Assembly: GCA_036172245.1 (NCBI GenBank)
Contig: JAYWIR010000074.1
Location: 372,001-399,261 of the forward strand
Reading direction: 5' to 3'
DNA: 27,261 nucleotides
Source: Raillietiella orientalis
Taxonomy: Eukaryota
Part shown: piece by piece, positions 1 through 9,021 of the stretch
How the letters are laid out: every line of letters starts with the position of its first letter
How positions within the stretch are numbered: the stretch's first letter is position 1
Notes under the pieces: generated by a model
What the model was told of the DNA's origin: nothing
Database searches by the model: none
Seen by the model: the letters and a program-made list of their open reading frames with translations, nothing else
Position numbers and translations under genes: made by a program

Positions 1-1
1 G

Positions 2-1132
2 CGTCGGGACGGCGGTCTCAGCATCCTGACGCTGGAGCGCGTGGAAATCCAGCTGCGATGGCGGACCCTCGCCACCGCAGCGAAGATGTGGAGCACCGCT
101 TGGTGCATTCCGGCCCGTCTCCTGGCCAGGCGTATGTCCCGCTGCGAAGGACTCGCATCGTTTCTTCTGTGCCCTGGCCGGAAGATTCGAAGATGCGGTC
201 TACTGCTCGGCCTCATGGCAACCCTGGCAAAGGAGAACGACTGGATGGTTTGTGGCCCTGCCAACTCCTCCGCTTGGCTGGAAGAGACTGCTGGCACCTG
301 GGCCAAGCTGAACCAGAGGTGCGAAGACCAGATGAACTGCCTGCGAGTCGGCATTTACGCCCGCCGAACTCTCCGTGAAATACTTGAATTTCCACCGAGT
401 TGCACGTGGGCGGAAGGCACACCCCTTGTTACGGCGATGCCCTTTCTCCAAAGGGCGCTTCACGAAAGCCGGAAGCCAAGGTGGCAAGTCTGCTGCCGTA
501 TCGCGGGCAGAGAGAAGACGATGAGCGGCTGGACCATGGGAGAGTTGACAGATGCAACGACCCCTAGTATCCAGCCGCGTGGATTAAGAAGATGGGGCGA
601 GCTGCTCGGCATTCGATTGGATGACCTGAAGTGGCCCCCGGTTCTACTTGGATCCAGGATTCTTCCCCTGAAGTGGCAAGAATCGGCGCTTCTGTGGCTG
701 CATTGGGGTCTACCCTGCAACGCGCGCCGCTTCCACTGGACGCGGGGAAGAGTAAATCCTGCGTGTGCCAGGTGTGGGGAACGCGAGTCGCTCCCCCACC
801 TCTTAGTTAAATGCCCTGCCGTCCGGATTCTTTGGGAACGTCTTCAAACGGCACTTGGGATACCGGATGCAGGCAATGGTGAATGTATCTTCAGTCTTGT
901 CTTCGTGCGGGACGCCCTCAGTCCAGCTGCAGCCCTGGCAGCACTTTGCTGCATTCGTGGTATAGTGGCGGCCTGGACTGATGCCGAAGATGAAGACTGC
1001 ATCGTGAGGAATGTCATCGAGTATGCTTCTCGCTTCCTGCAGAGAGCTACCCGATGGACCCATCTAGGAAGGATGAAAAAGGAACAAGAAGGCATCCTGC
1101 AAAGGATGGGCCCTCCCAGCAGTTTTCTGTGA
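2..1132 (+). CDS. E1 ORF2 C-terminal part (post-RT region and zf-RVT-like CCHC zinc finger), partial
   Basis: ORF track 41..1132, open to the window start; C-x2-C-x7-H-x4-C motif; clear homology to the E2 ORF2 C-terminus. Confidence 0.88.
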   Translation, partial: RRDGGLSILTLERVEIQLRWRTLATAAKMWSTAWCIPARLLARRMSRCEGLASFLLCPGRKIRRCGLLLGLMATLAKENDWMVCGPANSSAWLEETAGTWAKLNQRCEDQMNCLRVGIYARRTLREILEFPPSCTWAEGTPLVTAMPFLQRALHESRKPRWQVCCRIAGREKTMSGWTMGELTDATTPSIQPRGLRRWGELLGIRLDDLKWPPVLLGSRILPLKWQESALLWLHWGLPCNARRFHWTRGRVNPACARCGERESLPHLLVKCPAVRILWERLQTALGIPDAGNGECIFSLVFVRDALSPAAALAALCCIRGIVAAWTDAEDEDCIVRNVIEYASRFLQRATRWTHLGRMKKEQEGILQRMGPPSSFL

Positions 1133-1218
1133 TCCCTTCCCGGCCCTCCAAACTTTTTTTTTTTTGTGGTTTGTTTTTCTATTTTCTTTTATTTTTCTTT
1201 TTTCCCCCATCCCCCTCC

Positions 1219-1357
1219 ACTGCCGAGGAGAGCCACACCGGGCTGCGTCCCGGTGTCACGGCAGTTCCGGTATTGCGTGGCCGTCAGTGGGGCCTTGTAC
1301 CACGTTCTGTATTGACCGTTGAAATGTTTTTAATAAACGTCCCGGCGTATCCGGGTG
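1219..1357 (+). promoter_or_regulatory. Family-A 3' UTR structured element: nested stem-loop plus terminal AATAAA/hairpin
   Basis: ACTGCCG(1219-1225)/CGGCAGT(1259-1265) encloses ACACCGGG-ctgcgt-CCCGGTGT(1235-1256). Homologous structures at 6593-6717 and 21484-21610. Confidence 0.7.
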
Positions 1358-1374
1358 GCATCGCCGAATCCCTT
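1358..1374 (-). other. 17-bp target-site remnant between E1 and E2 (antisense of K-G-F-G-D-A codons)
   Basis: GCATCGCCGAATCCCTT; the reverse complement reads AAG GGA TTC GGC GAT GC. Same register as the flanks at 6718 and 21611. Confidence 0.7.
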
Positions 1375-1468
1375 GGCGAGTGGACGTGTGTTTCCTTCGC
1401 TCCCGAGTGAGTCGACAGGAAGCGGTTTTTTTCTATTGTTGTTTTGTGTGGAACATCGTTGGTGTCCG

Positions 1469-3222
1469 ATGGCAGCGATGCCTGCGGACACAACGATGGA
1501 GGTAGGTGTGGGGGAGGCTTGCCCACCCCCACAGCCTACAGAATCAGGGGCGTCCGCCCCGGAATCGCCCTCGCCGCTCAAGGCGAGGAGCTGGAGCGCC
1601 ATGGTGGCCGCGCCGAGCGCGGAAACCATGGCCGAGATGGCGGCCTACCGGGCAGCTGGGTACAAGCCCAGCTTGGTTTACCAGGTAGGCAATCTCTTTG
1701 ACGGGCGAACTGTACGCGCTTTTTCGAAAGCGCTGCAGAACGCAAACGTGTTGGAAAAGGACCTTGACGGTCTATCCGTGCTAAGCGGGGGTCAGCGCGT
1801 TGAGGTTGTCTGCAAGGACATCACCTTGGCGCAAAGCTTGATAACCACCCCGCTGAACGTGGACGGACGCAAGATCCTACCAGTCACGATGGACCGCTCC
1901 GTAGTGGTCCATCTGACAGGGATCACCAGCCGCATGACGCGGTCTGCGGTTGGTGATCAGTTAAGAAAGTACGGGGATGTTCACGCGCCTTGGCCAAAGG
2001 CCACAATCTTCGATGGCTTCGATAGCCTTTTCGGAGGGCAGGCCGCCGCGCGCGTGACCGTGAAGGAGAGTGGGCTTCCCCACAAACTAGAGGTCAATGG
2101 CGAAGTCGTAGACCTCTGGTACGTGGGGAAACTCCGCTTTTGTGGCTACTGCAATGCAGTAGGACACTTGCGCAAGCGGTGCCCGAACATTGTGTGCCAC
2201 TTATGCGGGGAGAAGGGCCACGTACGCCGCGTATGCCCTAAACGCCCCAATCCGGTGCCGCCTGCTGCAAAGAAAGCACAGGCAAAACGCGGTAAACTGG
2301 TCGAAAGACCAAAAAGAGATACTGGCCGGCAGCAGCCGCTAGCCCCTCTCCCTCCCACACAGGCGTCGGAAGAAAAACCCTCCGAAAACGCGGGAGTCCA
2401 AGACGGCTGGCAGCTGGTCAAGGCCAGGAAGGAAAAAAAGGTGCCCCCCGCGGAACCCGCGAAAGCGGTAAAAAAGACAGCCGGCAAGGCGAAAAAACCT
2501 GGGCCGCGCTCTAAGACCATGCGGGAGTGTACGGTAGCACTGGAGCGCATAGCCGTTCCCGAGATTGCCACCCGGGGCGACGAGCCTTCCCTCGCCGTTT
2601 CCGCCGCGCCCGAGGTTGGCGACGGCGAACCCTCTGTTTACACAGAGGGTGAGCCGCGCGACGCGCCGGTCGACACTGCGGACGCCGGGTTCACAAAGGC
2701 GGCGGAGGAGCTCGCGGCCACGCTGGCGGAGCGTGAGAACCCCTCACGCAAGGCCGTGCGAAGGCCGGCTCCCGCGAAAAAGGCCCCCACAGGTGAGTCG
2801 GACCTGGGGGCCGGAAGTGCATCCTCCTCCTCGGAGGCACCCCCAGGAAGTCGGGACGCAAGTCCCAGAAACCCAGGAGGCGCCTCCCCTCCACCAGCGA
2901 GGAGGAGAAGCAGGAAGGTAGCGGTAGCGTGGGAATCCCGGAGGGGGAACTCCCACGCTCGGAAGCCGTCGAGCCGGCCACCCCCATGGAGGAGTGTGAG
3001 CAGGGGGGCGAAGTCCTCCCTGCAGTCGCCGAGCCTGAACAGCCCGCCCCCATGGATGAGGGCCAACAGGTAGGCGCGACCCCACTTAAGGGTGACCCCC
3101 TCGACGCGCCGTTACCCATGGAGGAGGGGGACCAGGTGCACGCAGCGCCTGACCCTCCTCCTCCACCTAGCGTCCCGCCCCAACAGGTGGCGGACGCCGC
3201 ATCGCCATCTTCCCAGGAATAA
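1469..3222 (+). CDS. E2 ORF1, gag-like nucleic-acid-binding protein with two CCHC knuckles; probable frameshift near 2850-2920
   Basis: CGYCNAVGHLRKRC and CHLCGEKGHVRRVC. First ATG after the 5' end is at 1469. The C-terminus matching other copies (..SSQE*) lies in ORF 2929..3222. Confidence 0.85.
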
Positions 3223-6200
3223 CACCTGGGCTCGCCAGTCACCGTCGGATTCGCGCCGCCTGTTGGAACGTCAACGGGCTGCGCGACGACGGTAACAGGC
3301 GAGATACGGCCGACACCCTGCGTGAGCTCGACCTGGCCCTGCTGCAGGAGATCCACGTGATCACCGCGGCAGACGCCCAGGAGATCGAGACGATCGCGGG
3401 GGGTCGGCTGTATTGGCGGTGCTGCCTCCGCAACACCTGCGGGGTCGCGTTCTTCGTGAAGCCGGCCATCGACGCGGCCGTGAAGGGCGTGCGCTTCGAT
3501 GACGACGGTCGGGTCGGTCAGCTGATTCTCAGCTGGTCCGACTCGATCGAATTGATCGTCACGAATGTGTACGCCCCTAGCGGTAAACAGGGATACAGCG
3601 ACCGTACGAGGCTGCTGGATTCCATGATGCCCGACTGGCTGGCGGGGGACTGGACGCGACTCTCAGGTGCGAAGGAATACCTTCGCGAATACCTGAGAGG
3701 TGTCACGCTCCGGAATCTCCAGGACTGGGACCTTTTTAAGGAATCGGTCCGCGAGTTCTGTGAGCAGTTCCCCCTGGATCGCCTGCCCCCCGGATTCGGC
3801 GAGGGTGCTTGCAACCATCGGGCCTATTTACAGGCTCGTAGGTACGAGAGAACCCCTAATGTCCGTCGCCTGGCCGAGTACCGCGCCGGGGCCGAACGCC
3901 AAGCCTGGCAATCCGGGTCGGCCAGATTGCTGGACGACCAGGGCCGGGAATGTTCGTCCCCGGCGTCGGTACGGCATCTCGTGCGGAGTTTCTATTCCTC
4001 CCTTTACGCCAGGGAGCCCCCGGATCGAAACGCCTCTCGGCGCTTGCTTCCGGATGGCACCCCGGCAATAGGGGAGGAAGAGATGGAAAGCCTCGACGAG
4101 CCTTTTACCACCGGCGAAATTCTCGCCGGTATCAAAAGGCTCAAGAAACGTAAAGCTCCAGGGGAAGACGGCTTGCCCGCGGAGTTCTTTCAGAGCTTCG
4201 CGGAAGAGCTGGCACCCCTGCTGCTTAAGCTGATCAGGCTGATCCGAGACGAAGGCGATGTTCCCGCCTCGTTTCGGTCAGCCAGAGTGAGGCTCCTGCC
4301 GAAAGGGGGAGACCTCAGGGATTTAAAGAACTGGCGTCCGATCACGATCGTGAATACGGACGCCAAGTTGATCGCAGGGCTATGGGCTTCGCGTCTGGGG
4401 CAGGTGGCAGAATCCGTGATTTGCCCGGAGCAGACTTATGCTGTTCCCGGGCGAAGTATGGATGCCAACCTCTTCTTCGCAAGCACATGGGTGCACATGC
4501 AGAGAAGAGAGAAGAAAGGGATAGGGAAAGTCGGCAACCCCACATTGGGGCCGCCAGCCGGGCTGGGAAGGGACCCCCGGGCGGGGAAAGGGGCCCTAGC
4601 GCTCGCAGTCGATCTCCACAAGGCGTTCGACTGTGTAGACCAGGAACTTCTCTTGGAGCTCCTGGGTCGCATGGGCTTCCCACCCTCCCTGATTTCCTAC
4701 CTGCGCTCTTGCTGGCGGAATGCGATAATTACCGTCTATTTCAGCGGTCAAAAGGTGTATGGCGTGCCGGTGCGGCGGGGCATAAGGCAGGGAGGTAGCC
4801 TCAGCCCCCTGCTCTTCAGCACCTACTTTGAGTTGGTGCTGAGAGCGCACAGGGTGACTTTGGCCCCCTTGCCGAGCTCGTGCCCCGGCACGCCCGCCGT
4901 AGCAGCGTACGCCGACGATCTTCTGCTTTTGTTGCCAATGTCCACCCCGGCAAAGGCGGTCGGAGACTTCTTCGATCTGCTCAGCCGCGGGACCGGACTG
5001 CAGGTTAACAGGGTGAAGTCGTCGGTTGTGCCAATAGGTGCGGCGTGGGCAGGGCAGCAGGACTGGGTCCGTCTGGGGATCCCCACGGCGAGGTGCTTCA
5101 AGTACCTTGGTGTGCCGTTGGGGGACTACTCCCCTGCGGAAGCGTGGTCCAGCTGCCTCCAAAAAGTCGAGACGGCGATCGGCCCGTTCCTGGAAGGCGA
5201 GTTTCACTTGCCGGAACGGGCCGCGGTTTGGAACGCCTCCGCGGCCCCCATCCTCCGCCCCTTGCTTTTTGTTTGCCCCCCCACCGTGGAATCCAAGAAG
5301 AGGAAGAAGGACCTCCTCCGTATCGCCCTTTGGGGCAAGGGGAGGCCCCGAGTCCCACTGAAGGACTTGTGCGCTCTGCGTCGGGACGGCGGTCTTGGCC
5401 TCCTGACGCTGGAGCGCGTGGAGAAGCAGCTGCGGTGGCGAACCCTCGCCATCGCAGCGAAGATGTGGAGCACCCCTTGGTGCACTCCGGCCCGCCTCCT
5501 GGCCAGCCGTGTGTCGCGGTGCGATGGACTCGCGTCTTTTCTTCTGAGCCGTGGCCGGAAGATGCGAAGATGCGGCCTACTGCTCGGGCGCATGGCAACA
5601 TTGGCCAAGGAGAACAGCTGGATGGTTTGCTGCCCCGCGAACTCCCCCGCCTGGCTGGAGGAGAATATTGGAACGTGGGCAGTAGTCAACCAGAGAAGCC
5701 ACGATACGTGGAATCGTCTCCGATGCAGCTTCTACGCCCGCTGCACGCTGCGGAATCTCCTGGAGAGTCCAGCAAGATGCACGTGGGCAGAGACGACCTG
5801 CCTAGCTACGGCGCTACCCTTCCTAAGGAGGGCACTTCACAGCACTCGGACGCCAAGGTGGCAAGTCTCCTGCTGCATCGAGGGACGGGAGAAGTTGATC
5901 AGCGGCTGGACAACAGGAGAACTGGCCGACGCCTCGACCCCGAGCGTCCAGCCGCGAGGATTGTTAAGATGGGGCGAGCTGCTCGCCATCCTCAGGGATG
6001 AGCTGAAGTGGCCCCCGGTGATGAAAGAATCCAGGATCCTGCCCCTCAAGTGGCAAGATTCGGCGTTGCTTTTGTTGCACTGGGGTCTACCCTGCAACGC
6101 GCGTTTCTTCCACTGGACGAGGGGAGATGTGGATCCTGCGTGTGCCAGGTGCGGGGAGCGGGAGTCGCTTCCCCAGCTTATTGTGGATTGTGCTGCCCTC

Positions 6201-6515
6201 CGACCCCTCTGGGAACGGTTCGGGGCGACCCTAGTGCTCCCTACGGGCAGCACCCCCAGAGACGTTCTTCGGCCCCTCTTCGTGAAGGACGCACTGAAGC
6301 CAGCCGCAGCCATCGCAGCCTTGTGCTGCGTCCGTGGCATCGTGGGGGCATGGAGCGACGCCAACAACGAAGGAGTGGGTCCACAGGCGAGGGACGTCAT
6401 CCCGTATGCGAAACGCTTCTTGCAAAGAGCTGCCGGATGGCCACAACTGGGGAATATGCAGGCTGACCTCGAGGGCTTCGTTCGACGGATGGGCCCTCCC
6501 CACAGCGACCAGTGA
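3219..6515 (+). CDS. E2 ORF2: APE endonuclease (C-terminal half deleted), reverse transcriptase and CCHC-like domain
   Basis: CWNVNGL, LLQEIH, NVYAP; KAPGEDG, WRPIT, DLHKAFD, GIRQGGSLSP, YADD, YLG. The frame is open from ATA at 3219, upstream of the ORF-track start at 3357. Confidence 0.93.
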   Translation: MTPGLASHRRIRAACWNVNGLRDDGNRRDTADTLRELDLALLQEIHVITAADAQEIETIAGGRLYWRCCLRNTCGVAFFVKPAIDAAVKGVRFDDDGRVGQLILSWSDSIELIVTNVYAPSGKQGYSDRTRLLDSMMPDWLAGDWTRLSGAKEYLREYLRGVTLRNLQDWDLFKESVREFCEQFPLDRLPPGFGEGACNHRAYLQARRYERTPNVRRLAEYRAGAERQAWQSGSARLLDDQGRECSSPASVRHLVRSFYSSLYAREPPDRNASRRLLPDGTPAIGEEEMESLDEPFTTGEILAGIKRLKKRKAPGEDGLPAEFFQSFAEELAPLLLKLIRLIRDEGDVPASFRSARVRLLPKGGDLRDLKNWRPITIVNTDAKLIAGLWASRLGQVAESVICPEQTYAVPGRSMDANLFFASTWVHMQRREKKGIGKVGNPTLGPPAGLGRDPRAGKGALALAVDLHKAFDCVDQELLLELLGRMGFPPSLISYLRSCWRNAIITVYFSGQKVYGVPVRRGIRQGGSLSPLLFSTYFELVLRAHRVTLAPLPSSCPGTPAVAAYADDLLLLLPMSTPAKAVGDFFDLLSRGTGLQVNRVKSSVVPIGAAWAGQQDWVRLGIPTARCFKYLGVPLGDYSPAEAWSSCLQKVETAIGPFLEGEFHLPERAAVWNASAAPILRPLLFVCPPTVESKKRKKDLLRIALWGKGRPRVPLKDLCALRRDGGLGLLTLERVEKQLRWRTLAIAAKMWSTPWCTPARLLASRVSRCDGLASFLLSRGRKMRRCGLLLGRMATLAKENSWMVCCPANSPAWLEENIGTWAVVNQRSHDTWNRLRCSFYARCTLRNLLESPARCTWAETTCLATALPFLRRALHSTRTPRWQVSCCIEGREKLISGWTTGELADASTPSVQPRGLLRWGELLAILRDELKWPPVMKESRILPLKWQDSALLLLHWGLPCNARFFHWTRGDVDPACARCGERESLPQLIVDCAALRPLWERFGATLVLPTGSTPRDVLRPLFVKDALKPAAAIAALCCVRGIVGAWSDANNEGVGPQARDVIPYAKRFLQRAAGWPQLGNMQADLEGFVRRMGPPHSDQ

Positions 6516-6717
6516 TCCCTTCCCTGCCCTCCAACTTCTTTTTGTTTGTTTCTTTTTTATTTTACTTTTTGTCTCATCCCCATCCCCCTTCGCTGTCGGG
6601 GAGTGCCACGCCGGGCTGCGTCCCGGTGTCCCGACAGGTCCTGTGTTTACGGCCGTGGTAAGGCCTTGTACCACGCATGTAAAGTTTATTAATACACGCC
6701 CGGGGCGTACCCGGGTG

Positions 6718-7616
6718 ACAACGCCGAAACCTGGAGGGAGACGGTTCAGGGGAAACTGGTCGCAGAACTCGCGGACTGAGCTCTTCAAGTCGTCCCAGTC
6801 CGCGAGCGACTGCAGATGGAAGCCTTGCAGGAACGAGCGAAAATGTTGCGCTGCTCCTGCGAGGCGCAACCAGTCCCCTGGCAAACGCCACGCTGTGGAG
6901 GGTGGACCTCTACCGCGCGGGTGTATTTCTAGCACGAGCCGGGGATGGTCGGAAAGTTCGGATAGCACTGCCCCTCGATTTCCCACCCGCGAACACAGGT
7001 GGTTGTCGAGGAACATGTGGTCGATCCTCGTTTCCGTCCCGGCGTCACCGGCCAACAAGTTGCGCGCGTGCATGGCAGCGCACATCTCGTTGACCAGCTG
7101 TGCGCGAATGTCGGGCGCACCTGCCAGCAGGCGGACGTTAAAGTCTTCGGCAATGAGGTGCGCCTTTCGCATGTCTGCTTCGGCCAGCCAATCTCGCCGC
7201 AGGCCTTCGAAGAACGCAGTGCGTTCCCCGCGCCTGTGGCTCGTGCCGGGCGCGTACACGTTGGTCACGACGAGGACGATCGCGTCGGACCACTTGGCAA
7301 CAAGCTGCCCGATTTGACCTTCCCCGTCGAAGTGCACGTCGCGCAGCGCATTAACGACGGCTGGCTTCAGCATGAAAGCCACACCGCGGGTGCGGTCTCT
7401 CCCGGTTTGGTATACGAGCCGCCCGCCTGCGATCCGTTCGATTTCCTGGGCCTCCCCTGCGTGGAGCACGTGCGTCTCCTGCAGAAGCGCCAGGTCGAAG
7501 TCCCGCAGGCTGGCGGCCACTTCTCTCCTCTTGCCGTCGTCGCGCAACCCGTTGACGTTCCAACAGATTACGCGCAGTCGCCGGCAGGAGGAGAGTCCAC
7601 GTGTTGGTGTGTTTAT
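6718..7616 (-). pseudogene. E3 ORF2 APE endonuclease domain, truncated
   Basis: ORF 6231..7547 up to PPGFGVV. The remainder of that ORF is antisense read-through into E2. Confidence 0.88.
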
Positions 7617-9021
7617 TGTGCTTGCTTACCGTCCTCCGCCTGCTGTTCAGCAGGCGGGAGTTGTGTATCCATTGCGACGGGCTGTTGCTCGCAAGGAGGC
7701 GGTCCGTCGGTGGTTGTGGTGGTGGTTGGAGGATCCTGCTTGGCCAGGGACGTCTCCGGCAAGGAGTCGCGAGACCTCGCGGACATCGCCTCCCCGTCGT
7801 CGTGGTCCGACCGCATTTCCTCCTCCGCCGGTGGAGGTGCGGAGCGCCGCGGGTTGCCTACCTTGCGGCCCGCTTTGCGCTTCGGGAGAGCGACAGCCGG
7901 AGCCTTGCCGGCTTCGGCTTCGGACTCGGAAGTCTCCGGTCCTTTCGCCTCAGCCGGACGCCTCAAGGCCTTTTTCTGGGCCTTGGGAGGCTGCTGGAGC
8001 ATGGCTGCCAACTCTTCCGCCGCCTTGTTGAAGTCCCGGTCGTCGCTGCTCACGCTGGGCTCGCGACTTTCTCGCGGCGTCGGCGTTCGCGCGTCGGCGG
8101 CTTGAACAGCTGGCGTGACGTCACATCGCATCGATCCGTCAGCGGAGCGAGTATCGATCGCCGGCACGCGTTTGATGGCCACGCTGCACGCTTTGATTGT
8201 TGGGCGTGGCGCGACCTTCCCCTTGCCCTTCACCACTTTCGCCGGTGCGGGCGCGGTTTTTTTAACGATTTTTACTTTACGGGTGACCAGCTGCCAGCCT
8301 TTCTCGTCGGCAGTCTTTTCTGGGAGCTCCTGTACCGAGTCCCTTTCCTGCTGCGCGACTTTTGTCGGAGCCGACGGCTGATCCCCTTTTGTGGGGTTTA
8401 TTACTATTTTTGCCTTCCCTTCCTTCTTTTGCGGAAGTTCCGGCGTTGAAACGACGTTCATGGGGCACACCACTTTGGTGTGGCCCTTCGCGCCGCACGT
8501 TGGGCAAACCGCGTCCGGGCACCGCTTTTTCAAATGCCCGAACTACTTGCAGTTTCCACAAAATTTAGGTTTCCCCACAAACCAAATGTCGACGAACTCG
8601 TCGCCAATTTGGAGCTTGTGGGGAAGCTGTACGCTTTCTCGAAGCGTCACGCGCGCGCCTACTCGCCCACTAAATGCACCGTTCACTCCGAAGGTGTTGG
8701 GCTTTCTCCACATCGCGAAAACGCTTGCGTATTTTTCCAGTTCAACGCGGATGGCGTTCTCATCCATCCGCACTGTTGTCCCTGTTAGGTGGACCACATT
8801 GGTGTGGTCCACCGTGTGTGGGAGTAAATTCCTGCCCTCAAATTGTACGGGCGTGCAGAGCATCTTGTGGGTAAGAGCTGCATCCTTGCAGATGAGCTCC
8901 GCCATCTGCCCTCCGCTCCGTATAGAGAGGCAAAGAATTTCATGGTCGGCAATGCCCATCTTTTTGATGGCATTGCCGAACTTTCGCGCCCTTAACGAAG
9001 AATATAAATTTCCTACCTTGT
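7613..9021 (-). pseudogene. E3 ORF1 (5'-truncated, disrupted near 8540)
   Basis: ORFs 8543..9268 (3' part) and 7613..8533 together give ORF1 with zinc knuckles. Confidence 0.85.

Larger units (their letters stand above)
1..1357 (+). mobile_element. E1: 3' portion of a family-A L1/Tx1-like non-LTR retrotransposon (ORF2 C-terminus plus 3' UTR), running off the left edge
   Basis: Frame reads RRDGGLSILTL...CARCGERESLPHLLVKC (CCHC)...RMGPPSSFL* to 1132. It is followed by a T-rich UTR and the terminal AATAAA-CGT-CCCGG-CGTAT-CCGGG-TG. Collinear with the E2 3' end. Confidence 0.93.
1375..6717 (+). mobile_element. E2: near full-length family-A L1/Tx1-like element with both termini, carrying an internal APE deletion
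   Basis: 5' end GGCGAGTGGACGTGT (shared with E11), ORF1 with zinc knuckles, ORF2 APE-RT-CCHC, T-rich UTR, terminal AATACA-hairpin-TG at 6691-6717. Confidence 0.95.
6718..9021 (-). mobile_element. E3: fragment with most of ORF1 and the complete APE domain; ends at the GFG motif where E2 inserted
   Basis: ORF1 (KVGNLY..., CGNCK, CPTCGAKGHTKVVC, AAEELAA) followed by APE (CWNVNG, LQETH, NVYAP, EDFN, RIDH, SDH)...PPGFGVV. Confidence 0.92.

Noticed and set aside
1153..1203. T-rich tract as an antisense poly(A) tail or microsatellite target
   Set aside because: It lies inside the 3' UTR at the same position in E1, E2 and E9, upstream of the true terminus.
1219..1306. HDV-like or hammerhead ribozyme call for the UTR structure
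   Set aside because: I could not fit the catalytic core consensus by eye, so it is reported only as a covarying structure.
6231..6717. C-terminal extension of the E3 APE ORF
   Set aside because: Read-through into the antisense of the E2 3' UTR and ORF2; not homologous to any ORF2.
5045..8449. Long alternative-frame and antisense ORFs (e.g. 5045..6001, 6334..7317, 6999..8105, 7601..8449)
   Set aside because: Shadow ORFs of GC-rich retrotransposon coding sequence, with no motifs and no conservation between copies.
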